A stretch of 64,000 nucleotides of DNA. It comes from Laetmonice hystrix (lineage: Eukaryota). The stretch is from positions 33,482,001-33,546,000 of the forward strand of contig OZ249436.1 of NCBI GenBank assembly GCA_965235115.1, written 5' to 3'. This document shows, piece after piece, positions 24,291 to 48,900 of the stretch; positions within the stretch are counted from its first letter, which is position 1; the number at the start of each line of letters is the position of its first letter. Position numbers and translations under genes: made by a program. A model generated the notes under the pieces. That model did no database searches and was not told where the DNA came from. It saw only the letters and a program-made list of their open reading frames with translations.

Positions 24291-27200
24291 AAGTCTATGC
24301 CATCTACCACCTAAACTCGACAATATCTCAATCAAAATAATATTGATGTCTGAAGGATTCCTTGAAATAAAAGCAACACTTAGTTAGTTCTTGTCAAAGG
24401 CGATACCATTTATTTTGTATTTTACACCTTGACATAAGCGATTGCATATAGCTCCAAAATAGTGTATGCCTTTTTACAAGCATACTGACAAAACAATTTT
24501 TTTCTTTTGGGTCAACCAGTATTCACCTCTGACACTTGATGTAAAACCACTTTCGTCCTTAATTGTTTACACGTAATACAACATGAAGCTGTGTCAGTGT
24601 CTGGGCAGAAGTTCTACTCGTCACGGTTCAAGGCACTTGGTGGACCAGAGGCCTTGTCCACTACTACATGTGCCTATGCCATGTGTGTGTGCGTCTAGTC
24701 CACGCGCACTGAAACACGCGCACTCCTACTCACACCACGCTGTCTACAACTGCCCATCTAGAGGGGACTAGGTTAATCAGTACCCAAAACAAAACAGCAA
24801 CAAATGAAAACAGTCATATTTTCTAACTTGGGTCGGAGCTGGTCAATTATAGGTGATGAAAACGTGACGACAGATTGCAAAACTACTGCTACAAAGCCTA
24901 CAACAATTCTATATACATATGCACATACAGAGTTCTTTTTAAATGTTAAAGCCACGTGGCATGGATGCCTTCCCTTTACTATTTTCTCAGGAGAGCAACC
25001 GTCTCCCAGACACTGGCACCAGCTCAAGCTCGTCTGGTTAATCCTACCTACTCTACCAGTTCATATATTTAGCCCCCTCCTCACAAGACCTGTCAACGTG
25101 CAAATCATTGCACCCTCATTTCACGATTCATTGCAGGTGACTCACTGAGGAGACTGTGATTTGTAAACAAAGTAGTTTTTTTTGTTTTTTTTTCTGTCCA
25201 TCTTCTTGACTACTTCAAAGGAAGTCATATCAATAATTTCACTACAATGAATACACAACAATTTCGACACATCAGCACAAATCAAACTACGCCAATAACT
25301 TTAAAATTTTTGTGAGCAAGTTCGCCAACTTTGGAAGCAACATTGAGACTGATGGGCTGACATGCTAGGATTTTTCTTCTTACAAGGAAATGGCAGTTAT
25401 TCTAACCTGGCTATATCTTAGAAGTCATCTCTACATTTAACTGCCTGTGGCAAAAAAGCAACACTTCCACTCAGTCTGACAAAACAGCACTGTTTGTCAA
25501 ATTTGAGAGCAGACTAGTCTCTCCTAACATTGAATGAAAAAAAGAGGCTGATTTAATAGAGTGCTTAGCCTAATAGGACTTGGGACCCAAAGGAATCAGT
25601 CACAGAAAGACAGGTCATTGCTGGTAAGACCGACCTCGCCAACCTCAAGCATAATACATGAAATACGTTGCTTTCCAGCAAAACTCATGTAAGCAATTAT
25701 CAAGAGTATACACCAGCAAATATATATTATATATACGTGTATTCATATAAAAGGAAAGAAAAGGGGGGAAACACTTTGGGTTCGCTCTATGTTCAAATGA
25801 AGTATGAAGTATTGTAATAACATATGATGCCATAGTAGGTGTCCATACGTTCGTTATCGACAGAATGTAGGAACTTCTAGACACACCACCATAATCATGG
25901 CTGGACGTACTTCTACTCCTGTCAATATACATGTACAACATGGCAACGGGATACGAAGTCATCAAATCCATACAACTCTGATGTCTCTTACAGTGAAGTG
26001 AGCCTTTACTGAGCCCCAGTATGCTGCCGTCAACAACATGGGAGGATCTAGTTAACCACTACGTGTACCGTAAAGCAAGAGGTGACTTCCATATTCATAG
26101 ACACCATTACAACATGGTATTTACCTTAATTCACCCCCGTGCAGCACCACATTAACCCCTGACCATGGGCTCTCTCAATGCTCATCTAGCATTCCTCACT
26201 ACATTAAACTCTTTCAAACCGCCTCCTCTCAAAAGCGTAAGCATCAGTCAAGTCCATCCCATAGCAGTCAGGTTCAACCTAAGATCCTGTGAAAGTTAAA
26301 TGAAATCACCTCCCCAGCATAGCATCCCCTTCGGTCAAGTGCCTTATATAATAATTCATGGTTGCGGAAAAATCCACTGAAATGCATCAGTTTAACTTGA
26401 AGTTTATGGTTACATGAAATACTCCAAATCTGAGGATAATTTTGGGAAAATTAGACAATCGAGTGATGAGTACAGCTACACACTCCTTGTTACAATATAT
26501 TAGAAGTTCATTTTAAAATGTTTCTGGCGTACTTTAGAGCACTGTATATGTAGCAGAGATTTCTTGTTACCAAGGCACTGCATCTAGGGGGAGCCTGCCA
26601 CAACGTTTTCAACTTTAGTTGACAGATTCCAATTACAACCAACTCCAGTGGACAAAGTTCCCATAATTTTCTGTGTTATGCCAGATATTCCAGTTATTCT
26701 TTTTGCCTTCTAAATAATACTTTTCTGCCTTGATTGATATAAACATGACAGGCCGACTCTGTACTGCACATGTATAGGGGATAGTTGCCGGCGTATCTAC
26801 ATGCCATTTTTTAAAATGCATTATGTATGTTTTACAAGCATAAGATACATCCAGAGAACATGGAACCACACACACCAGTTCTGTGTATAAATTTTGTGGC
26901 TTGGACCAGCAGCTAAGTTTAAATAATTTCTGTCGATATAACAGATATAAACCCAGTCATTGTCAATTCATCAACGCTTCCTTCCATTTTCAGGTACCAC
27001 ACTACATCCACACACTGGAGTTCTGGGGACATCAGCGTTCACTAACTAGGACTATCGTTTTCCCCCCTATGACATCAATTACTTTTTTTCACTGGCCATT
27101 TGGAAAAAGCATCGTCAACTATGACATCATGTAAATTCACACTGTCGACTGGGTTCAATATCTAACAGCTAACACGATACCGTCACAACTGGTCTTCACA

Positions 27201-29596
27201 AGATTTGAAAATGACAGCAAAACGCACCAACTTAACACTCTAACAACTTGTTTAAAAAAACACTCCCAGCCCATGTACTGCACCACGTGTCTTCATACAT
27301 ATCGCCCTTTCTAAACACGAGCCCTGACTGCAGAAACAGGGCCACACTGGAGTACGTGTCAGTCTTCTGAAAAACACTGCCACATCATTCGTCAAGGGTT
27401 AACTATAATTAGACTAAATATATTTGGTGAAGTCTGAAGCTGGCCCAATCATTGTTCTCCTGCCTACAAGCTACAGGCCAGTGTCAGCCTCCCACGCTGC
27501 CAGTCATACTGCACCGCTCACGATATCAAAATCGCTTGTGCTCAACACCGATCAAGCAAGTCCGCAAATGAAAGCAATATAGTTTGATTACTAGTAAAGA
27601 AAAAAGCTCATTTGGAGGGGTAAATATCAACAGCATTATTAGCTTTGCACTTTCTCTTATCCTGTGACGTTGTAACAATAATATATTAATACCAATGATT
27701 AATCTGTTGCATGACGATTTCCCATTTGAGTGTACAATGTATTTCAATATGGCCACCCTTGAAGCTTGAGGTGCTTAATACAAGTGGACTTGTGTCAATG
27801 TCACTTGGCAGTTTTTTGTTTTTCCTTTGCTACAACAGCACTACCAAAGTAACTGTACCATCATAGCTGCCTTTGGACAAATACCAAAATAACTAAATGT
27901 AGAGCCACAATCTGCATTTCATTACTTTTGTTCGACTTTTTGTTCCACAACTTTTAAGACACAATTTTCATGTCATGGCCTTGTATATTTGTGGAATGCC
28001 AGTAGTATATATAAATACTGGTATATACTTCTATAGTTTGCCTGTTGATTGTCAAACAGTGCCCATAAGTTTTGATGCCTGCTTAGTTCACGTCATAAAG
28101 ATCACCAACTACTCGATAGCATCACTTCATCTATCAACAGACGATCGTACCACACTGATCAAACCATCACTGCTTTGATCAAAAGGGGACCTTATCACAC
28201 AGAACAACCCCTCACTCATTCCTGGAAGCCCTTGCAATCCAAGTGACAATATACTCTAGTTTTGGTTAATGTCGTGGTGGTTTATTTTCACAGGAGGTAG
28301 ATTTACTAGGTAGGATCAATTGTAAAGAGTTCCAAGTAGTAGGGTGGAACAGAAAATAAGAATTGTGCAAATTAGCGAGTTCTGTCAATGTCATCCTCAT
28401 GACGTTATAAATTGAACCACCCGAAAATAACCAAAACTTCAGTAACAGTGGTCAAGCCCACCAAAGCAGGTCCTAGCTGGTACTTCTAAGCTCTCTTCCA
28501 GGATATGAGGCCATGACTTACTGTAAAATTAAAGAATGACACTAACAATGACAGTAGCACTTTCAGAAACAAACACTGTGTAAAATACAACTGTGAAAAC
28601 TACAGCCTCATTCACTTAATGAAGGACCATAGTCTAATTGATTGCTTAACTTCTCAGTCCATCTGCCACGGAATTACTTTACTTTGGGAAAAGAAGACGG
28701 ACTCAATCGGTGGCTTGTATCTGATACTGCAATATGTGGTTAAACTCTCTACTCCTTAATACTCTACTGAAGTAACCTTTGGAAAAACTGACACGTGAAG
28801 CTGGACAAATGCCATGGCATTCTCAACAGTATACGTACATGACCGGGCCTTGAAAAATTGCTGGAAGAATCTAGACTAGTACTGGGTTGGCGAGGCCACA
28901 TTTCTTTATGTGTCAGTTGTCTGCGATGTGTGCATTTTATACTATACATACAAAACAACCCATACATTATGTATGTGAATGTATATTTTTCATACACATA
29001 CCATGAAGGCACACATTAATAGATAAATGCACTGGATTATAGCTATGCTCGCCTGCCCAGTGAATATATCCACAAATGTGTCCATTTCTATATATCGTTA
29101 TGTATATACCAGTATACACACCATATAGATACACATACATACAGCCACAATCACACACCATATGCTCTGTCCAAAACACATTAGTGCAATGTAATTTCTA
29201 TTATGTATACACATCTTGTATTCACACATACACACATCTTATAGGACAATTCTGACATATTTAAGGTCTTACAAACATACATCTGTCACTTTCTCATTTC
29301 AATAAACTTGGGATATACAAGTTATAGGGTGTCAACCATACAAATGACACAACAAGTCTGAATAACAAGGTCTCTGGAAGTGTTGAGTCTCTCCGCCGCT
29401 ACCCCTAACTGAAAGGCTGCTACTCCATGGCATCATTCACAGTCTCATTTTACAGGTCCGAAGGCTCTTTTGCAGCTCATCATTATGAGGTAAGTTTGGA
29501 ACTTGTCGCTGACTTCTCTACTTTCATATTTTCTCCAGTTTTGTCTCTAAAGACAGCAGCACACATTGTTTAGTCTGATCATGTTCATGGTTTACT

Positions 29597-39995
<10,399 letters not shown>

Positions 39996-42900
39996 ATGGC
40001 TTTACGGCACGTGTTAAGGTTAACGTTTAATACGTCAATTCGCAGAGCCCCATTAGAGTTTTTGAGAAAAGAATTCCATACTTCTGGTAAGTGCATTTAT
40101 CGTAGACTTGTCGTCAGCGCCGGTGTCGCGGTCTCAGATCTCCGTTGGTCTCAGAACTCCGGGGGCATGGTTTCCCATTGTTTAGAGGCCAAATCTGACT
40201 AAGTGAGCACGCGCGAGTCGCTGTTTGGGCTCACACCTCCGGTCGTCTGCTACCTGATGGGTGGTGGAGTTTTCTTCTAAACAAGACTAAAGGAGAGTCT
40301 AGATAGGTAAACTGAAAACCAAGTATCGTAGAGGAGATGAGAGTTATTACATGTGACTCAACTGAGAGCTGATATTTCGGATAGTTAGACTAGAACACAC
40401 GGCGATGCAGCTAACCTCCCGGAGTTCTGAGACCACGGAGATCTGAGACCGCGACACCGGTGTGGTATGCTGCAGTGACTGAGTAAGCAAGTAGGTTAGG
40501 TTAGGTACAGCACACAGACTCACACTCACAGTCACACAGTCACAGACACAGGACTGACACTAGTCTAGTGCCAGTCACATTTATTGGCTGTGTAGTGACT
40601 AGTGTGCTTATTGGTTGATGTTAAACCCTAATAACCACACGTAGCTAACGATCACAGGGTGGTGTCCATACCACGCAAACATGCTGTCCCTGTCACCACA
40701 CCAGGTCGAGTAAGCCTAGGTTAGGCTAAGTTAGGGTTAGCAGACCTTAGGATTTGAAAAATGCAGGGGAGTGAATCAGTGATTAATAGCTCCCCTCAGC
40801 TGCTCTAGGAGAGCGATCTGGAAGCTCCCTTCAGCCGAGGATTTTTCATATACGATGTCTGTGGTCTCAACACGTGTTTTGAATAGCGTGTGGTTGACAA
40901 TGTATTGCTTGACTGGGTGCGATGACGCAGATTGGTCAGACTAATGGTAACATGGTTTTCAAAGTGGAAAGACAATCAAATACGTTGTAGTATATTGTAT
41001 TCTCGTTTCCGAGGTCAGTTCTTCCGGTCCTGAGTAGCCTGACGACCGGTGAAAACAAGGGTATCAAGAAGCGTTGCCCCCTTGACAGTATAGGACAGTG
41101 TGATGACCAAACCCAAGCCAGTAACACCTATATTTAGTTCCGTTGCGTTGCTAGGCTTTTGTTTTCACCGGCTCTGGCCAGAGAAGATAGCAGCGCCACC
41201 TAGAAATGCCCGGATTATCGGAAACGAGAATTCGGGACAAAAGTACAACATGGCAGCGATCGAAAATACACGCTTGATTGATCGATGTGAACATTATCAT
41301 AGTGGGGCCGAACCACCGGCGATCTAGAAACCCTCCAGCATGTTTGCCGAGGTGCGCTATTCAATAGCAAGTACAGGCGCGTATTTTCACTCCTCTCCTA
41401 AGCTGTTTAGGGGCGCGATGGCGCGCGAGAGCGATCGCGCCTGTCAAAACCTAAGCGGTCTGGGTTAGGGTTAAGGTTAGGGTTAGGGTTAGCTCTCAAT
41501 CATTTCTTGTCTGATGAATATTCATACTACCTGTGATCGTTAGGGCGCAGTACCTTGCTGTAGTCGTTAGAGTTTAACATCCACCGTCGTGATTATGGTA
41601 ACAACATGTACGCCCATCGCCATGTCCACCTGGTCATGTCCGCCCCCCTAGGATGTAGGCCCCTACCCCCGGTCATGTCCCCCTTATTATCATGTCCGGC
41701 CGTCGTCGCTCCGCTTGAGAGGCGCTCGGCAAGCATGCCTGGCAAGGGACACGTTAGGCCTACCTACGAGGTGGCTCGCATTTTGTTGGGCACTGGACCA
41801 AAATATTACATATTTGATCTAGGGTTGTTGATACACTCCTAACTTAGTAGACTTCTACTAGTCCTAGTCACGTTGACGGCTTTTCCCGGGACCACGGGGC
41901 GGCAGGGCGGGCAGTTGACTGAGTCGAGTGTCTACCGCAGAGGCAAGGCGGGCGGGAGGGTATAGAGTCTACCGAGGGGCGGACATGACCGGGCGGAAAT
42001 GGCGACGGGAGGACATGTCGTGTATTCCTTATTATAACTGAAGAAATGAAACGAGTTTGTCCATTGGCCCAATCGCGATCGTGGACATCGGTCCGTTCCA
42101 CTCGTTCCTCGTCACACTCCACTTCATCTACTCCAACAAGTCAGAGTCCTAGTCGAGTACAAATACACCATGCAGCGACTGCTATCTTGCCAGGGTTCTA
42201 TCTCATTCTCTGCCCTATCGCACATGATCGCCTCAAAGTCCTGTTTCAGAATCGTTTAGGGACCAACGTGACGCGTTTTAAGGCTATTTCGGGTCATTTA
42301 GGGGTCAAGGACGCGAGACTTGCATGCCCTATACTGTCGCTCATGGTGCCAGCCCAGCATTGTTACTCACTGCTACTGAACCACTGATGTGGCCTTTGTT
42401 TCCCTGACCCCACCAAGTTGCAGCCCTGTGTCTCTAACTCATCATGTAATGCCACTTGCCTCCCTTATTAGAAGGTGCTGTGGCGGATTACCCCCGCTAG
42501 CCCCCCGCCCGCTAGCCCCCCGTTTAGACAAGGCCGAAGGTGTGAGAAATCTGTGCCGGTAGCCCCCCGCTCGGCTGTTCTACTCCCTGACACTACCCCC
42601 CCCCCCCACCAACTCCGTCCACGCCTCAGTGGTGGGGGGGGGGGGGGTCAACGGCGGGACTTGGCGGTTCATATGCTGCCGATGCAGTCAGGTCAGCCAG
42701 CCCCCAAAAGAAAGAAAAAGTATTGACTCCCGATTGCACCAGTTAGGCTTAGACTATGATATGCCACAGAATGATGGAGTCCTATATGAAGGCGGTTGGC
42801 CATATGATGGACAATACTAGTATTATACTACTGGTACTAAGTAAGGCAGTGGTTGAGTGTATAACTGTGATTCTAACTAACACCATAATACAGATTCAGT

Positions 42901-45900
42901 CCCGTAACACCCGTAATCAGTCATTTATATATATCTAGTAACACCCCCTAATTATTTGTCGCTTGCCTTTTAGTTATCCCTTAACAAAGAACTATACATT
43001 ACAATGCAAGTTCTTTGCCCTTACCATCCCTGACCGCTGACCACCCCAAACCTCATAAGGGGGTAGTGTCTGATAGTGGAACAGCCGAGCGGGGGGCTAG
43101 CGGCACAGATTTCTCACACCTTCGACCCTGTCTAAACGGGGGGCTAGCGGACGGGGGGCTAGCGGGATGATACCGCTGTGGCCTGTGAGTGGAGGTGGGT
43201 GGCAGACATGGTGTTGGGTTGGGAGGGGGGGGGGGCAAACCTGTTGAAGGAGCAGGTGTGAGCTGGATAAGAGGCTTCTGGTACAGCCAGTTGTCAGTGC
43301 ATCTGTGATCAGTAGGCCTGCGGAAAGGTGCTGCTGTAGCCATCTCCCAAAAGGGGTTGTCTCAAAATTGTATTTTTAAAATGTGTGACAAAATATTTAA
43401 AATGTGGGACCACTGCCACTGGCGACCCTGTGTTAAGTCATGAATAGGACTGGTTGTGTTGCACAATGAACATACGATACGATACGATAGGAGTTCGAGA
43501 ATGATGACCCGGAAGTAGAACTATTTATAGAACGGCACACATTTAGAAACAAGTGAATGTACCATAGATATAAGATACGATACGATATGAGTATTTGCAT
43601 CGGTCAAGCCTGTGTGTCAACGGTGTGTGGACAAATCGACCATAACGATATTTTTACGATAAATTGGTACCTCCGACCACCTCGTTTCGTTCTCGTTAAA
43701 ATCGACAAAAAGTTCAATTTAACGATATGAAAATGATCTGGAGCAACGGAAACGCCTTAACAAGACGATTATGAGGGATTTTTTTCATAGCGATACGTGG
43801 AGCAATGGCCCCCACCTAATGTTAATCCTATGGGAAATTTTTTGACGTCACAATTGCATGGTGCACGTTAGGCGGTACCGTGAACTGGTTTGAGGCTATT
43901 TAACGTCATTTGCATAACTAGGTCGCGAGACTTAAACCCCCTATTTTGTCGACAACGTCCTCCTGCAGCACCACACTGATGAGGTCTCCTGCCGATATTG
44001 AGCAGGAATAAATCCTGAGTTACACATCCTTCCCCACAATATTCTGGAGGCTATATTTTTAAAGAGCCAAATATAAAATCACAAGGAAGTATCGAGTCAT
44101 ATTATTCTGAGTGTATGCAGAGTTTGAAGGGGAATTGATGTACAGGGCATCTCAGAAAAAACGTAATCCTAAAATCTGGGACCATCCCACTGTTACATCA
44201 AAATAATATATTTCCTTCTGAGTTCCAAAAAATAAACTTTCTCACAAGAAAGTCCAATGGAACTAAGTATTCGTCCAATCGTTTGAAGTCGCTAAATCAT
44301 GACACCTAAGGAGGAGGCATATCAAGTGGACAGGATGCTTTTCTCTTGCCTGTCTCTTTCATTCTAGATGTTTAAACCAGCGTCAAGTACACACTAAAAG
44401 CAAGAGGAAAGTTGACAGTAGGTGTTAAATGTATTATTTTTATTGTCAGGATCAAGATGTCTCTTCAATTCTGAAGCACTGGGACTTGAAAACTTCCAAC
44501 GACAGCGCGCTACTGCACAAGAAAAAATAGGAGATTTAAAAGGTATATTTTATGGTTTTACAGGAGGTAATTTGCTGGGTGGTTTAAGAATGGAATGCTT
44601 CAAATATAGGCCGGCCTTCTGTGAAGTGAAACTAGAAAAAGGTGGACTGGTTTATGCTATTCTTCTCCATTCTTAAATCACAGTTAAAGAGATAGTACAG
44701 AGACAACAATGGTAATTCAGTTGATCAGTGATTTAATCCTGTGGTAAATTTTTCAGAGAAAGTCCATGCTCGGATGGAAGAGTACATGCAAACCTCTGAC
44801 AAAAACACAATTTTCACAGATGACCTGAAGAGCATCATTCACATAGCAGATAATGATGAAGATCTTGATACCCTTCAGAAGATGATTACAAGGTAGATGG
44901 CTAGGTGTATGTATTTTGCGGCAGTATCCAACATTTGTTAATACCATTGATACCTGTAATGTGGTGAGACTTGAGTTTTGATAAGAAATCTTGCCAGTAA
45001 CTTTTGTCAAATCCTGATCTCTGGCGATGTGATAAAATGTTACTTTCATACAAACTATGGTTTTTATTAAGTGATCATTACTAAAATAGACATTCAAGCT
45101 CATTATAGCCTGAATATTATACTGAAACAGACATGTAGTTATTTTCACAGACGTTTACCAGTTTTGGGCAGTCAAACCATACTCCCCAAATTTGGCAGTC
45201 GACAATCTGAAAGGGTAGCCTGACTTTATATATCCCTGGCAGGCTACATTGCCCCTCGTGTCACCTCCCCAGCCCTGAAGCCTTCTTTTTCTCGTAGCCC
45301 CATGGAAGGTGACATATTGATGTCTTTCTAGGTATCGTGAGCAGACAAAGGACCTAAGATTCTCCAACTTCGTCTTTGGTCCCCTTGTTATGCGAATGTG
45401 TCACATGCTGAACAAGCCTGACCTTGCCTACAGTCTGTTCATGAACAGTGTGAGTGATTCTGTACACGGGTGTATGATGCGCCCATAGATAAAACAGAAT
45501 TCTTTCAGGTGTTGACACCAGTGGAAAAGTCTTTATATGTTGACCTTAAGTAACTAAGAAAGTAATTGCTACTTCAGAAGGATCAAAGAATACTTTTATT
45601 CACGCAATCTGAATCATATGCATATATATAAAGCTTTTTATCGGTTATGGTAGGAAAGATGTGGCACCATGATCTTTCAGTGTAAATGGTAACCGGTGAA
45701 TCTTTTAGTAATTTTTTTTTCTTATGAAAAATACAGTGAAAATAATAATATACAAAGTTGTCAATTATTTTTGATACAACCTGGGGACAAATTATGCTTG
45801 TGATTGAAATATAATAGGCCCTCTATTCATGCAGTAAAACTATTTTTCAGGTAAATCTAATGTATCTTACACTAAGATCAATGTCTATTAACCTAATCAT

Positions 45901-48900
45901 GCATTGTGGATTTACTCCTGTCCTGACAAGAAGACGTAGAACAAGCATTTTGCTTTGATTTTGCAGGATTACAAGGATGGTTTCTTTGACCAGATGTCTA
46001 CCTTTCTTGTGTTAATGGATCTGTTGTTTGAGAACGGCCAGTACGAGCGTGTGTTGACAGTCAGAAAAATTGTAGCAGATCGTCTTGTAGCTGGCTTCAA
46101 GTTCCCAACGGATTGCTTGACCATCTACATCGCTACCTGCTGCAGATTGGTGAGTTTAATGGGAATATGGACTGAGAGTCTAAAAGGGATAGAGGATGGC
46201 CAACACAGGGATGTGCCCAGAAAAAATTGAGTGTCGGGCGGTAGTTTTGCACTAGTGCCAAAGGCGCAAGGTTTTCAGTTGGCAAGGGGTGCAGGTGGAG
46301 GGCTGTTTTTTTCAGACGATAGGTCTAATAAAAATTCCTGCTGGGCGGGACTTGAACTTTTTTAGTTTTGTGCCAGGCGGCTAAAATATGATGCACTGTA
46401 ACAGTGGATTGTTTCTGTTAATACATGTATATTCTTTCTTCAACAGAACACTGCGGAGGTTTATGCAGAGATGCTTCAAATATTAGAGGAATGTTTTGAA
46501 AAAGAAACGCCTGTGACATTAAGATCTTTTACATATGCAGCTTTGTTGGCCTTGAAGCAGGTAGGTTGTGGTTGCCAAAATCTGTTGCATTTGACCAGTT
46601 TTGAAATTTGTGGGAGGGAACTACTTAACTGAATCATGATGGATATGATTGCTGTTAAACTGATTAAATAAGTGAAGATTTTTTTGTGGAAAATGTAGAC
46701 TTTTTTCAACCAGAAAGTTATGGAATTTCATTTAAGCTGGAGGGAAAATTGGCTTAGCAGAGAAATTGAACCTTTTCATATGATTGACTTTGTTTGAGAA
46801 TATACCTTGGTATCTTTACACCAGTATATATATATATATCAATTCATGCTAAATTATCGTGATTACTCGACACATACATCATGTATAAATGTATGTGTGA
46901 ATATTATTAGGTGTTAATATTAATGCGTGATTTGTCCCTGGGGAAGCATTGAAAATAGTACAGAGACATACCTTTTTGTAAAGCAAGGAAAGGTTTCTTA
47001 ATTCTTCACAGTCAGTTTTTGTTTGAAGTTAAACACAGGCTTTGTTTTCCGGTAAGGTTACCTTAAACACCGTTAAAAACCCTCAGAGTAAAGTCTTAAT
47101 TGCTATGAGAGAATGGTGGACCAAGAATTCAACATTTAGGTCAAAATGACAGATGGTTGTGGTTTCACACGGAAGGTGGCTCTGGTGTAGACAGTGACGC
47201 CACTGTCAAACACTAGGTGTCGCTCCTGCATCAAGGCCCTTGTGTGCCTGGGACGGCTGGGTGAGAGATTCATGGGGCAAAGAGAAACATCGCGTACATG
47301 TGTTAATATATGTTGGTATGCTAACAACCCTCCTGTGGACAGGAATAAACTTTGGTTTTGGAATAAACTTTTTGTAATAAAATAAATGATCTGTCCAAAT
47401 TTGTGTCTGAAGTAAAGCACTCATGCAATTTTGTAAGGACATAGCAAAAATGGTAGCAATGCCTTGATTTCCGGCAGTAAGTTATTATGTTATAGAGTAA
47501 TTATTCGAAAGAAATATATTTTAGTTTTAGTCTGATAATATTCTAAGTCTAGTTGTAAATTTTGAAGAGAAAAATTACTATTCTTTTTGTTTTGATTTTT
47601 CATAATCATCTGTCTTTTACACACATAACAGCAGTTTCGTTACTTTTTCTGCAAAAATAGTTATTGCTTTTTGGTTTCAAAATTCCGGATTTTTATCTAA
47701 GGAGGATTGACGACCTAGCACATGGATTGATTAAAATTAAAGGTTTCAGATTATATTGCCAAATTTCCTCTAAGCCTGCATTGCTTCATACTCAATTTGA
47801 AATATTTTGTTTTGTGTATGATATAGAACGATGCCAAAACCGCTTTGGATCTGTTGAGTCGAGTTCAGAGATTGGAGTCTACACCAGTGGCCTACAGGAA
47901 TATGAAGGTGTGTAGACCAGGATCACAGTTCAACTGTTTAAGCATAGCCAGTCTAGCATTAGTGTACTGTCACCTATTATTTAAAGCAGCCCTTTTCTCC
48001 ACCAAACTCTTCTCCTGCGTGGCTTATCCCGGGCAAGTATCCAAAATCAGGTCTTGTAGCGACTTGGCTGAATGTTTTCAACGGCTCCAATTGTCTTACA
48101 TTATTACATAAATGTTTTCCCAATTAAATTGACCATAATTATGTGTGATAAGTTGCACATTTACTATGATTGGGACTTCAGCAAATGGCTGCTCTATCCT
48201 TGCTGGCACGGGCTGAGGTGCCAAATTCCTAAGCGGGCATTTCAAGCCTATTTTCGGTCTATAATTAATAGCAGCCTCAAAACTTCTTCCTTAGAATCAG
48301 CCCAAGAATTTCTACAGCAGCTTATGTACGCAGAACTGGTGGCTTTAAAGGCCGGAGATTAGAGTAATTGTAGTTAATGTAGAGGGACACCACATGATCT
48401 TCTGTAGTAAAACCTTTCTGCCCGAAGTGAAAAGTGCCGTAGCATCCGTCCATATTGCACATGCGGAGAATCAATGTCGTAATGATAAAGAAATGTGCTG
48501 TTATTATTTCTGAGCTCCTTTTTGTAATTATTCATGACAATTAACGCCTACAAATTGACCATTAACTCGGCAGGAATTATTTCCCGTGCCTCCCCTTAAT
48601 TTCCGTGTGATTGAGGAGGTTCAGCACTCTTACAGCTATTATAAATTTGGACATTATAACATCTCTTCCATTTAAATGCGTGGCGAGAAATAATTGATGC
48701 TTTCAGTGTTTTTTAATGGTACTCAATAGCTGAACCTTTGGTCCAGTTTGGACATGCCATTTACACGTAATAGGCAACATTTAGCGTGTCGTGTACATGG
48801 GGATGCAATCTAGACCATCTCTGGTTTTACCTGTACACATACCCGATCCATATCGTATTGATGCGTCAGGATGCTGTAGTGTATGAATATAATAATTTAA

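Noticed and set aside
41250..41327. caacATGGCAGCG as the PTCD2 start or a separate gene
   Set aside because: The frame stops after 25 codons with no good donor and abuts an IR element; the 39996 exon gives a proper presequence and the correct phase.
41462..41492. True telomere or fusion scar
   Set aside because: Only about 5 degenerate units, embedded among MITE fragments.
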